A stretch of 64,000 nucleotides of DNA from Malacoraja senta. Its lineage: Eukaryota. The translations under genes were made by a program, and so were the position numbers. The stretch lies in assembly GCA_038087875.1 (NCBI GenBank), contig CM075998.1:4218001-4282000 (forward strand), written 5' to 3'. Under the pieces are notes generated by a model. That model was given only the letters and a program-made list of their open reading frames with translations. It did not search any database and was not told the DNA's origin. Shown piece after piece: positions 1 through 12,300 of this stretch (within the stretch, counting starts at the first letter, position 1; each line of letters begins with the position of its first letter).

Positions 1-560
1 TGAGGAGCTGAGTGATCAGAGTGTACGGGTGGAATGGGTCAATTTGGAAGATGAAACTAAATTTCTCCTTCCTCCAATGATGTGATCCAGTGAAAGATAC
101 TACAATGAATAAATTATTATCAGACTTGTCTTTCCCTTGCAAAATGACCTGGAATGTGGTCCCCCAACCTCCAGAGAATTCCAGACCAATGACATCAATG
201 TTGACTCACAGTTGGTTGCCAACCTCTGATTTAAGATGAGATTGGGCATTTACTCTCGGGCAGCAGATCCATGAATCACCTGTAGAATGGTGCTGTGTTG
301 GTTATTTTTGTCAGAGGTTTCTTGGCCAGCTCATGTAGAAGATTGTAAACTTCACGCCAGTGGCGAGGCTAAGGTTGGGCCGTATTGCAGGTTTGTCAGA
401 GAATGGATGGTGTACACAACCAGTAAATGCAAAGGGATCCTGTGTTTGTTTATGAGCCAGTTTAATGTCTCCTACCAAAGGAAGACAGATACTCAACAAG
501 CAAAGAGGTGAAAGGTTATTGGAAGTAGATGGGAATGCAGTGACGAGGTTACAATCAGAT

Positions 561-865
561 TTTAGTTTACTTCAGAGATGGAAGCAGGTCCTTCAGCCCA
601 TCAAGTCCACGGCAACCATCGATCACCTATTGACACTAGTTCTGTGTTATCTGACTTACTCATCCATTCTCTTACACACCAGGGGCAGTTTACAGAGAGC
701 CAATTAATCCATAAACCTGCGCATCTTTGGGATGTGGGAGGAAACCGGATCAACCGGAGGAAACCCATGCGGTCACAGGGAGAACGTGCAAATGCCACAG
801 GCAGACTGCACCCGAGGTCAGGATCGAACCAGGATTTCTCTGATGCTGTGACCACCTCTAATCAG
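561..865 (-). mobile_element. Degenerate tRNA-derived SINE (HE1/V-SINE-like)
   Basis: Diverged reverse complement of the SINE at 1117-1407, with TTTAGTTTA tail, 'gcggtcacagggagaacgtgcaaa' core and a B-box remnant. Confidence 0.7.
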
Positions 866-1116
866 CCTGGTTTTCACTTACATTATCAACCTTGCTCTTT
901 ATTACTATCTATATTGTTTGGTGGTACAGGTTGTGGGTTTAAGAATGATCGTTGGAGTAGCCTGAGTGAGTAACTGCCTTGCAGTTTGTAGTGGAAGGAA
1001 TGAATCTTTAGGTGGCTGATGGGGAGGCAATGAAGTGGGCTGCTTTGTTCTGTGTTGAGTTTCTCGGGAATTGTTGGGGCTGCCTTCATCCACGCAAGTG
1101 GAGAGTTTTCCATCAT

Positions 1117-1407
1117 GGTGGCGCAGCGGTGGAGCTACTGCCTTAACAGCGCCAGAGACCCAGGTTCGATCCTGACTATGGGGGCTGTCTGTACGGAGTT
1201 TGTACGTTCTCCCCGTGACCTGCACGGGTTTTTGCGGTGATCTTCGGTTTCCTCCCACACTGCACAGGTTTGAAGGCTAATTTGCTTGATATAATTGTAA
1301 ATTGTCCCTAGTGTGTTCAGGATAATGTTAGTGTGCGGGGATCGCTGTTCGGCACGGACTCGGTGGGCTGAGGGGCCTGTTTCCATGCTGTATCTCTAAA
1401 CTAAACT
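1117..1407 (+). mobile_element. tRNA-derived SINE (HE1/V-SINE-like)
   Basis: A box TGGCGCAGCGG, B box GGTTCGATCC, conserved core 'ctgtacggagtttgtacgttctccccgtgacc', (TAAAC)n tail. At least 7 copies in the window. Confidence 0.85.
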
Positions 1408-1439
1408 CCTGACCTGTGCCTTGTAGATGGTGCAAAGGG

Positions 1440-2038
1440 TTTGGGGTGTCAGGGGGTGAGTCACACACCATGGGATACCAGCCGCCGACCTAGTTTTGTA
1501 GCCACATTGTTTATTTTTATGTGCCTAGCCAGTTGCAGACTTGGTGATGGTAATACTAGTGATCGTCAAATGCGGGTGGTTAGACTCTGCCTTGTTGGAG
1601 AGGGTCACACTCTCTGGCACCTCTGTGGCATGAATGTTATTTATCACTTATCAGCCCATCCATGAATGTTGTCTGGATCGTGTTACACACGGGCATGAGT
1701 ATCCCATGCCTGGAATACTGTCTAGGAGTTGTGAGCATTATACAATCACCAGTGGCCATCCCCAATACTGAGCTGATGATGGAAGGAAGGTCACTGATGG
1801 AACAGCTGAAGATGGCTGGGCCCAGGACACTGCCCTGAGGAACTCCTGCAGTGAGGTCCTGGGGCTGGGATGATGGACCTCCAATAACTACAACCACCTT
1901 CCTCTGCGAGGTAACTCCCACCGAAGTAGACTTCAGAGTTACCAGGGGTCCTTGATCCCACACTCGGTCACATCTGCATTCTGCTCTGTGGTCCAAGTGT
2001 AGTCCATGGCTGTCATGAGGTTGCATCAAAACCAGCAT
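1440..2038 (-). mobile_element. Old degraded CR1-like LINE RT fragment
   Basis: ORF 1637..2038 contains 'GVPQGSVLGPAIFSCSISDLPSII' (RT motif B), with a decayed ADD motif downstream. Confidence 0.7.
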
Positions 2039-2040
2039 TC

Positions 2041-2436
2041 GTGAGCAGGTGAGTGGTGAGCAGGGGGTTATGAGGTGAATGGTGAGCCGGGGGAATGGTG
2101 AGCGGGTGATTGTGTGCGGCGAATGGTGAGCAGGTGATTGTGAGCGGGTGAATGGTGAGCGGGTGATTGATTGTAAGTGGGTGAATGGTGAGCGGGTGGG
2201 GTGAAGATTGCAACCTTCACGTGGTCCGCTCTGTTTCGACTAATACAATCAACCCGGCATGCACAATCAAATAAGCTCAAATAGAAGAAAAAGAAGTGAG
2301 CGGGTGAATGGCGACCAGATGATGTGAGCGGCTGAATGGTGGGCAGGTGATTGTGAGCAGGTGAATGGTGAGCAGGTGATTGTGAGCGAGTGATTATGAA
2401 CGGGTGAATGGTGAGCGGGTGATTAGTGAGTGAGTG
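2041..2436. repeat. Degenerate GT-rich minisatellite (~14-15 bp, GTGAGCGGGTGAATG / GTGAGCAGGTGATT)
   Basis: Tandem units visible directly; interrupted by an unrelated ~90 bp segment at ~2205-2296. Confidence 0.8.
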
Positions 2437-2692
2437 GTCAGCTCATAGCCGATGACACCATTCGCCACTGTCCATCACTCCATCAGTGTGAGTCTGACTG
2501 GGCAGGTGGATCAGATTCGTCCTGTGTTCTCTCAACAAGACACACACAGACACAAAGGTGTGGGGAGATATGTGAGTGTGGGGAGGGAGAGAGGTGTTTG
2601 TGTGTGGGAAAGAGAGATGTGAGAGTGTATGGAAGTGTGTGTGGGGGGGAAGGGGTGTGAGTGTGAGCTGCCATCTTTCTTTAGCAACTTAC

Positions 2693-3380
2693 CTGTCCCC
2701 TGTCGGACATCCCGCGGTGTTTTGGCGTCGAGGGCAGTAGGTGAGGGCGGGTCGCGCCGCGCTGGGCCTCCCCTGCATGGAGGGTGAGCGGGACAGCGAT
2801 CATCCCGCCCGCGGTGAGGGCGGCGACGACAGCATCGCCACGTTGGCGGGAGGCGCGTGGACGCCCCTGAAGCGGCGCGCGCGCGCGGGAGCGTTCCCGC
2901 CAACATGGCGATGCTGTCCCCTCCTCGCCGCGGGCGGGATGTCTGGGGAGACGGAGGCCAGGACCGCCAAAGTCATTCTGTTTAGTCACGGCCGGTCAGT
3001 CTGTCCCTGTCCGTCACGCACACAATCCCTTTGTTGGTTATTTTTATCTTTCGGATTTGGTTGACGCGCCCTTTGAAGTGTCGGTGTTCACAGCTCACAG
3101 TGAGTTAGAATAGTAGGGGGTGGGGATGGGCGGGAGAGGAGGGGTGGGTCGGGGGGACGGGATGGTCACGGCAGCTCACTGGTCCACGGGCCGTATATCT
3201 GGACTCCAGTCACCGGGAGCCACTCACATCCCCGGCGAGAGCTCACTGCCCGCCCCGGGATAGTCCTTGCTCGGGCCGGCCCACAGGCTGTGAGGGAAGG
3301 GAGGAAGGAGCGGCAGCCCGGGAGCGCCGGGTCACTCAAGGCACCGAGACTGCATGGACCTCGCAACGCCATGAAAAAGT
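2693..3380. promoter_or_regulatory. CpG island / putative promoter with candidate minus-strand first exon
   Basis: Very GC- and CpG-rich unique-looking sequence. GCGCGC run at ~2875-2886, YY1-like CAACATGGCG at 2901-2910, minus-strand GCCATG at 2906 and consensus donor CAG|GTAAGT at 2693/2692. Confidence 0.45.
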
Positions 3381-3810
3381 GTGTTTCAGGTAAAACCATG
3401 AGGGTAGCGGACACGAGGAACTGCAGGTGCCGGCCACTTGAGTGCTGGAGGAACTCAGCGGGTCGGGCAGCATCTATGGAGGGAATGGACAGACGACGTT
3501 TCGGGTCGGGACCCTTCTTCAGTCTGTCTCCAGTGCTGAGTTCCTCCAGCACTTTGTGGTTTGCTCAGTGCTCGAGGGCTGTTGAGACTGTGGGGGAGAG
3601 GGACGCGAAGTTTGCCTTTTTAGGAATTGGCACAGGGAGAGGGGCCGAATGGCCGCCTGTGCGGGGAGATTATGTGGAAGCAAAGTGGTTTCAGTGTTGT
3701 TTACACGGTGTGGCTGTCTCCCGTTCTCCACGCCTTGCATCCCATCTGCATTCCACTTGGTTCCCTCTGGAAGGAGTGACTGAGCTTCTGCACAATTTGC
3801 AATTCAGAGT

Positions 3811-4171
3811 TAGGAGGAAGGAATTGGAGAAAGATGCTGGTTTACACCGAAGATTGACACAAAGTGCTGGAGTAACTCAGCGGGACAAGCAGCATCTCTG
3901 GAGAGAAGGAGTGGGTGACGTTTCGGGTCGAGACCCCTTCAGACTGAGAGTCAGGGGAAAGGGAAACGAGAGATATAGATATAGGTGATGTAGAGAAATA
4001 TAGAACAAATGAATGAAAGATATGCAAAAAAGTAACAATGATAAAGGCAAACAGCTAACAATAGCCTGTTTCCTTCATCATCGTTACTTTTTGGCATATC
4101 ATTCATTTGTTCTACATCTCTCTACATCACCGTCTATATCTCTCGTTTCCCTTTCCCCTGACTACAGTCTA
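3811..4171. mobile_element. Short Penelope-derived element with inverted halves and 11-bp TSD
   Basis: Homologous to the Penelope terminus at 53270-53500. Halves are in opposite orientation. TSD CAATTCAGAGT at 3800-3810 and 4172-4182. Confidence 0.7.
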
Positions 4172-4409
4172 CAATTCAGAGTGTTAGTCTCACTTGGAAG
4201 AATTTTCCACAATTCCTCATCATCATTTATGGCAATTCTGGGCATCATCTTGCCCTTAACTTGTTCTGACGGTGGTGCCATTGGCAAAGCCCACTGAGGG
4301 AAGTGGAATATCACAGTCAACAAAGGCTTCAACCCAAGCAAACTCACTGAGTCTCTGCATACTTGTCACATTGGAATGTCTCTTGCCAATATAGAGATGA
4401 CAAGCAGCT

Positions 4410-4816
4410 GTAATGTGTTACAGCAAGGTCTTCCCTCATCAATGAACTGTAACAGAGTGTTATAACAGCTTCTTAAAGTGAGTGTCTGTGTTGGAAAGAG
4501 TGTTATTACAGTCTTACACCAAGTGTGTAACAGTGTTAATACAGTCTTACACTGAGTGTATGTGTGTGACAGAGTTAAGTCAAGAGTGTTTATTGTCATA
4601 TGTCCCAGATAGAACAACAAAATTGTTACTTTATAACAGTCTTATGCTTTGTGTGTAACAGAGTTATTGCAGCTCGTACACTGTGTGTGTGTGCAATAGA
4701 GAGTTCTGTCTTACACAATGTGTGTAACAGAGTTATAACAGTCTTACTCTTGAGTGTGGGCAGAGAGTTGTAACAGAGTCTTATCATGAATGTGTGTGTG
4801 GCAGTGTTATAACAGA
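4410..4816. repeat. Degenerate minisatellite (GTGTGTAACAGAGTTATTACAGTCTTACAC-like unit, ~35 bp)
   Basis: Recurring 'gtaacagagt...acagtctta' motifs. Confidence 0.6.
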
Positions 4817-4974
4817 TTTACAGGAACAAACCCCCCCAAATACTATCCACATGTCTCCCGCCCCAGGCGGGTGTTTAACACTCTTGTCCATCTCTTCACC
4901 ACCATCATATGCTTATCGCTCCATCCCTCACCCACACTTCATTCGGTCTGGTCATCTGTCGGTGCTGTTCCTGC

Positions 4975-6030
4975 CAGCTTACAGACAGAGACTGAAACAT
5001 GGATCACCAATGAAGAGAGGAATACAGCAGTGGTCTGAGTAGTCCAAGGGTCTGTTTCAGTCCTGCCTCAAGCCAGTGGACTGGAACATGTTGAAGGACA
5101 CTTCATCCAGCCTGAATGAGTGTACCTCAGTCGTCACCGATATCATTGAGAAATGCCCTGACGACTGTTCTGACAAAGACATTTAGAGTCTATCCTGACC
5201 AGAATCCTTGGATGAACATGAGAATTCACTCTGCTAAAGTCCAGATCTAAGGCTTTCAAGCAGGATGATCCCACACTGTACAAGAAGGCCAAGTATGATC
5301 TCTGCAAGGCTGGCAGAGATGCCAAGGGAGACTTTTAAATCAGGCTGGAGTCTCTATTTAGTCAAACACATGCCAGGTGACTGTGGCAGGGCCTGAATAC
5401 CATCAGAAGCTACAAGCTGAAATCCAGGGGCAACGACACATCTCTATTTGATGAGCTCAATGGCTTTAATGCTCGTTCCGAACAGGCAACAAACTTCCAT
5501 TTAGGCGCATCCCCCATTCTCCACTGGCTCTGGGAGGCAGAAGTCAGATCTGCCCTTGTAAGGGTAAACTCTGGGAAAGTGGCCAGCCATGACGGGTCCT
5601 GAAATTGTGTGATAATTAAACTGTCCACGGTCTTCACCAACATCTTCAACCTCCCGCGTCAACAGTCCAGTCCATATCTGCTTCAAGGACACCTCCATCC
5701 TTCCAGTCCCTAAGGAAAACAAAGTGATCTGTCTCTGTGGCTGCTACCCAGTTGCTCTGGCATGGACCATATGAAGTACTCTGAAAGATTGGGCCACATT
5801 TTACATTGCAATTCGTGTATAGGAGAAATAGGTTGCTGGAGGATGCCATTTCCATGCACCTACATTCAGCCCTGGATCATCTTGCCAATAAGAACACCTA
5901 TATCAGGATGCTGTTCATCGATTACAGCTCAGCCTTCAACACCATAATACAGAATCAGCTCATCTCTAAATCTCTGGCCATTGGCCTTGGAGACTCCATC
6001 TGCAACTGGCTTCTGGACTTCCTGACCGGC
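4975..6030 (+). mobile_element. Decayed Rex1/Babar-like LINE pol fragment
   Basis: Broken frames with TETW, PWM, 'VFTNIFN', 'PVPK' and '[15 protein letters not shown]...[10 protein letters not shown]' RT motifs. Confidence 0.75.
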
Positions 6031-6158
6031 TGTGCAACACTATGATTTTATGAATTAGTGAGGGAACTACAGACGCTGGAATTTTGCATTGTAAACGCAA
6101 AGTGCTGAAGTATCTCAGTGGGTCAGGAATGGGGATGGTTACTGATTGCACACTGTTC

Positions 6159-6358
6159 NNNNNNNNNNNNNNNNNNNNNNNNNNNNNNNNNNNNNNNNNN
6201 NNNNNNNNNNNNNNNNNNNNNNNNNNNNNNNNNNNNNNNNNNNNNNNNNNNNNNNNNNNNNNNNNNNNNNNNNNNNNNNNNNNNNNNNNNNNNNNNNNNN
6301 NNNNNNNNNNNNNNNNNNNNNNNNNNNNNNNNNNNNNNNNNNNNNNNNNNNNNNNNNN
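6159..6358. other. Assembly gap (200 N)
   Basis: Exactly 200 N, a placeholder of unknown true size. Confidence 1.
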
Positions 6359-9300
6359 GGCGACCTCGCCGGATTTGTGGAGACCTTGCCGGTTTTATGG
6401 CGACCTTGCCGGAAATATGGCTACCTCGCCGGATTTGTGGCGACCTTGCGGATTTCTGGCGACCTTGCCGGAAATATGGCGACCTTGCAGGATTTGTGGC
6501 TACCTTGCGGGATTTATGACGACCTCGCCGGAAATATGGCGACCTTGCCGGATTTGTGGCGACCATGCCGGATTTATGGAGACCTTGCTGGAAATATGGC
6601 GACCTTTCCGGATCTGTGGCGACCTTGCGGGATTTATGACGACCTCGCCGGAAATATGGCGACCTTGCCGACTTTGTGGCGACCTTGCCGGATTTATGGA
6701 GATGTTGCTGGAAATATGTCGACCTTGCCGGATTTTTGGCGACCTTGCCTGATTTATGGCGACCTTGCCGGAATTATGGCGCCCTGGCCGGATTTGTGGC
6801 GACCTTGCCGGATTTATGGCTACCTTGCCGGATTTATGGCGACCTTGACGGACATATGGCGACCTTGCCGGATTTATGGCGACCTTGCCGGATTTATGCC
6901 GACCATGCCGGAAATATGGCGACCTCGCCGGATTTGTGGCGACCTTGCCGGATTTATGGCGACCTTGCCGGAAATATGGCTACTTCGCCGGATTTGTGGC
7001 GACCTTGCGGATTTCTGGCGACCTTGCCGGAAATATGGCGACCTTGCCGGATTTGTGGCGACCTTGCGGGATTTATGACGACCTCGCCGTAAATATGGCG
7101 ACCTTGCCGGATTTGTGGCGACCTTGCCGGATTTATGGAGACGTTGCTGGAAATCTGTCGACCTTGCCGGATCTGTGGCGACCTTGCGGGATTTATGGCG
7201 ACCTTGCCGGAAAAATGGCGACCTTGCCGGATTTGTGGCTACTTTGCCGGATTTATGGCGACCTTGGCGGATTTATGCCGACCATGCCGGAAATATGGCG
7301 ACTTCGCCGGATTTGTACCGACCTTGCCGGATTGATGGCGACCTTGCCGGAAATATGGCTACTTCGCCGGATTTATGGCGACCATGCCGGATTTATGGCG
7401 ACCTTGCCGGATTTATGGCGGCCTCGCCGGATTTAGGACCTTGCCGGAAATGTGGCGACTTCGCCGGATTTATGGCGACCATGCCGGATTTATGGCGACC
7501 TTGCCCGAATTATGGCGACCTTTCCGGATTTATGGCGACCTTTACGGACATATGGCGACCTCGCCGGATTTATGGCGACCTTGCCGGGTTTATGCCGACC
7601 ATGCCGGAAATATGGCGACCTCGCCGGATTTGTGGCGACCTTGCCGGATTTATGGCGACCTTGCCGGAAATATGGCTACTTCGCCGGATTTGTGGCGACC
7701 TTGCGGATTTCTGGCTACCTTGCCGGAGATATGGCGACCTTTCAGGATTTGTGGCGACCTTGCCGGATATATGGCGACCTTGCCGGAAATATGACGACCT
7801 TCCTGATTTCTGGCGACCTTGCCGGATTTATGGCGACCTTGCCGAATTTGTGGCGGCCTTGCCGGAAATATGGCGACCCCGCCGAATTTATGGCGACCTT
7901 GCCGGATATATGGCGACCTTGCCGGATATATGGCGACCTTGCCGGAAATATGGCGACCTCGCCGGATTTATGGCGTCCTTGCCGGAAATATGGCGACCTT
8001 GACGGATTTATGGCGACCTCGCCGGATTTATGGCGACCTTGCCGGAAATATGGCGACCACGCCGGATTTATGGCGGCCTTGCCGGATTTATGGTGTCCTT
8101 GCCGGAAATATGGCGACCTCGCCGGATTTATGGCGGCCTCGCCGGATTTAGGACCTTGCCGGAAATGTGGCGACTTCGCCGGATTTATGGCGACCATGCC
8201 GGATTTATGGCGACCGTGCCGGAAATATGGCGACCTCGCCGGATTTATGGCGACCTTGCCGGATTTGTGGCGACCTTGCCGGAAATATGGCGACCTCGCC
8301 GGATTTGTGGCGACCTTGTCGGATTTATGGCGACCTTGCCGGAAATATGGCGCCCTTGATTTGAGGCGATCTTGCCGGATTTATGCCGACCTTGCCGGAA
8401 ATATGGCGACCTAGCCGTATTTGTGGCGACCTTGCCGGAAATATGACGACCTCGCCGGAAATATGGCGACCTTGCCGGATTTGTGGCGACCTTCCCGGAT
8501 TTATGGAGACCTTGCTGGAAATATGTCGACCTTGCCGGATTTATGGCGACCTTGACGGACATATGGCGACCTCGCCGGATTTATGGCGACCTTGCCGGAT
8601 TTATGGCGACCTTGCCGGAAATATGGCCACCTCTCCGGATTTTTGACTACCTTGCCGGATTTATGGCGACCTTGCCCGAAATATGGCGTCCTCGCCGAAT
8701 TTGTTGCGACCTTGCCCGATTTACGGCGACCTTGCCGGAAATATGGCGACCTTGCCGGATTTGTGGCGAACTTGCCGGAAATATGGCGACCTTGCCGGAT
8801 TTATGGCGACCTTGCCGGATTTGTGGCGACTTTGCCGGAAATATGGCGACCTCGCCGGGTTTATGGTGACCTTGCCGTATCTATGGCGACCTTGCCGGAA
8901 ATATGGCGAACTCGCCGAATTTGTGGCGAACTTGCCGGAAATATGGCGACCTTGCCGGAAATATGGCGATCTCGCCGGATTTATGGCGACCTTGCCTGAA
9001 ATATGGCGACCTCGCCGGATTTATGGCGACCTTGCCGGAAATATGGCGACCTTGCCGGATTTATGGCGACCTTGCCGGAAATATGGCGACTTTGCCGGAT
9101 TTGTGGCGACGTTCCCGGATTTATGGCGACCTTGCCGGAAATATGGCGATCTTGCCGGATTTGTGGCGACCTTGCCGGATTTATGGCGACCTTGTCGGGA
9201 ATATGGCGACCTTGCCGGGTTTGTGGCGACCTTGCCGGATATGTGGCGACCTTGCCGGAAATATGGCGACGTTGCCGGATTTCTGACGACCTTGCCGGAT

Positions 9301-12300
9301 TTTTGGCGGCCTTGCCGGATTTATGACGACCTTTCCGGATTTGTGGCAACCTTGCCGGAAATATGGCGACCTTGCCGGATTTGTGACGACGATGCCGGAT
9401 TTATGGCGAGCTTGCCGAAATGTTGTGACCTTGCCGGATTTGTGTCGACCTTGCCGGATTCAAGGCGACCTTGACGGAATGTGGCAACCTTGCCGTGTTT
9501 GTGGCGACCTTGCCTGATTTATGTCGACCTTGCCGGAAATGTGGCAACCTTGCCGAATTTGTGGCGACCTTGCTGGAATTATGGCGACCTTGCCGGTAAT
9601 GTAGCGACCATGCCTGATTTGTGGTGACCTTGCCGGATTTATGGCGACCTTGCCGGATATATGTCGACCTTGCCGGAAATATGACGACCTTCCTGATTTC
9701 TGGCGACCTTGCCGGATTTATGGCGACCTTGCCGAATTTGTGGCGGCGTTGCCGGAAATATGGCGACCCCGCCGAATTTATGGCGACCTTGCCGGATATA
9801 TGGCGACCTTGCCGGATATATGGCGACCTTGCCGGAAATATGGCGACCTCGCCGGATTTATGGCGTCCTTGCCGGAAATATGGCGACCTTGACGGATTTA
9901 TGGCGACCTCGCCGGATTTATGGCGACCTTGCCGGAAATATGGCGACCACGCCGGATTTATGGTGTCCTTGCCGGAAATATGGCGACCTCGCCGGATTTA
10001 TGGCGGCCTCGCCGGATTTAGGACCTTGCCGGAAATGTGGCGACTTCGCCGGATTTATGGCGACCATGCCGGATTTATGGCGACCTTGCCCGAATGATGG
10101 CGACCTTGCCGGTTTTGTGGCGAATTTGCCGGATTTATGGCGACCTTTCCGGATTTGTGGCGACCTTGCCGGAAATATGGCGACCTCGCCGGATTTATGG
10201 CGACCTTGCCGGATTTGTGGCGACCGTGCCGGAAATATGGCGACCTCGCCGGATTTATGGCGACCTTGCCGGATTTGTGGCGACCTTGCCGGAAATATGG
10301 CGACCTCGCCCGATTTGTGGCGACCTTGTCGGATTTATGGCGACCTTGCCGGAAATATGGCGACCTTGATTTGAGGCGATCTTGCCGGATTTATGCCGAC
10401 CTTGCCGGAAATATGGCGACCTAGCCGTATTTGTGGCGACCTTGCCGGAAATATGACGACCTCGCCGGAAATATGGCGACCTTGCCGGATTTGTGGCGAC
10501 CTTCCCGGATTTATGGAGACCTTGCTGGAAATATGTCGACCTTGCCGGATTTATGGCGACCTTGACGGACATATGGCGACCTCGCCGGATTTATGGCGAC
10601 CTTGCCGGATTTATGGCGACCTTGCCGGAAATATGGCCACCTCTCCGGACTTTTGACTACCTTGCCGGATTTATGGCGACCTTGCCGGAAATATGGCGTC
10701 CTCGCCGAATTTGTTGCGACCTTGCCGGATTTACGGCGACCTTGCCGGAAATATGGCGACCTTGCCGGATTTGTGGCGAACTTGCCGGAAATATGGCGAC
10801 CTTGCCGGATTTATGGCGACCTTGCCGGATTTGTGGCGACTTTGCCGGAAATATGGCGACCTCGCCGGGTTTATGGTGACCTTGCCGTATCTATGGCGAC
10901 CTTGCCGGAAATATGGCGAACTCGCCGAATTTGTGGCGAACTTGCCGGAAATATGGCGACCTTGCCGGAAATATGGCGACCTTGCCGGAAATATGGCGAC
11001 CTCGCCGGATTTATGGCGGCCTTGCCGGAAATATGGCGACCTTGCCGGATTTATGGCGACCTTGCCGGAAATATGGCGACTTTGCCGGATTTGTGGCGAC
11101 GTTCCCGGATTTATGGCGACCTTGCCGGAAATATGGCGACCTTGCCGGATTTGTGGCGACCTTGCCGGATTTATGGCGACCTTGTCGGGAATATGGCGAC
11201 CTTGCCGGGTTTGTGGCGACCTTGCCGGATATGTGGCGACCTTGCCAGAAATATGGCGACGTTGCCGGATTTCTGATGACCTTGCCGGATTTTTGGCGGC
11301 CTTGCCGGATTTATGACGACCTTTCCGGATTTGTGGCAACCTTGCCGGAAATATGGCGACCTTGCCGGATTTGTGACGACGATGCCGGATTTATGGCGAG
11401 CTTGCCGAAATGTTGTGACCTTGCCGGATTTGTGTCGACCTTGCCGGATTCCAGGCGACCTTGACGAAATGTGGCAACCTTGCCGGGTTTGTGGCGACCT
11501 TGCCTGATTTATTTCGACCTTGCCGGAAATGTTGCGACCATGCCTGATTTGTGGTGACCTTGCCGGATTAATGGCGACCTTGCCGGAAATGTGGCGACCT
11601 TGCCGGAAATATGGCGACATTGTCGGGTTTGTGGCGACCTTGCCGGATTTATGCCGACCTTGCCGGATTTGTGGCGACCTTGCCGGATTTATGACGACCT
11701 TGCCGGAAATATGGCGACATTGTCGGATTTCTGGCGACCTTGCCGGAAATATGGCGACCTTACCGGATTTGTGGCGACTTTCCCGGATTTATGGCGACCT
11801 TGTCGGAAATATGGCGACCTTGCCGGGTTTGTGGCGACCTTGCCGGATATATGGCGACCTTGCCGAAAATATGGCGACGTTGCCGGATTTCTGACGAACT
11901 TGCCGGATATATGGCGACCTTGCCGGAAATATGGCGAGCTCGCCGGATTTATGGCGACCTTGCCAGATTTGTGGCGACATTGCCGGAAATATGGCGACCT
12001 CGCCGCATTTATGGCGACCTTGCCGGAGTTATGGGGACCTTGCCGGAAATATGGCGTCCACGCCGGATATGTGGCGAACTTGCCGGATTTATGGCGACAA
12101 TGACGGAAATATGGCGACCTCGCCGGATTTGTGGCGACCTTGCCGGATTTATGGCGACCTTGCTGTAAATATGGCTACTTCGCCGGATTTGTGGCGACCT
12201 TGCGGATTTCTGGCTACCTTGCCGGAAATATTGCGACCTTGCCGGATTTGTGGCGGCCTTGCCGGATTTATGCCGACCTTGCCGGATATATGGCGACTTC

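Noticed and set aside
1..115. Possible terminal coding exon (EELSDQSVRVEWVNLEDETK...stop, AATAAA at 108)
   Set aside because: Too short, truncated by the window edge, no recognisable homology.
1117..1180. tRNA genes at A/B-box sites
   Set aside because: These are SINE heads followed by SINE core and tail.
3290..3988. 232-aa ORF
   Set aside because: A chimera of Penelope-derived repeats and GC-rich sequence.
6084..6752. ORFs spanning N runs (also 40768-41881)
   Set aside because: Gap artefacts.
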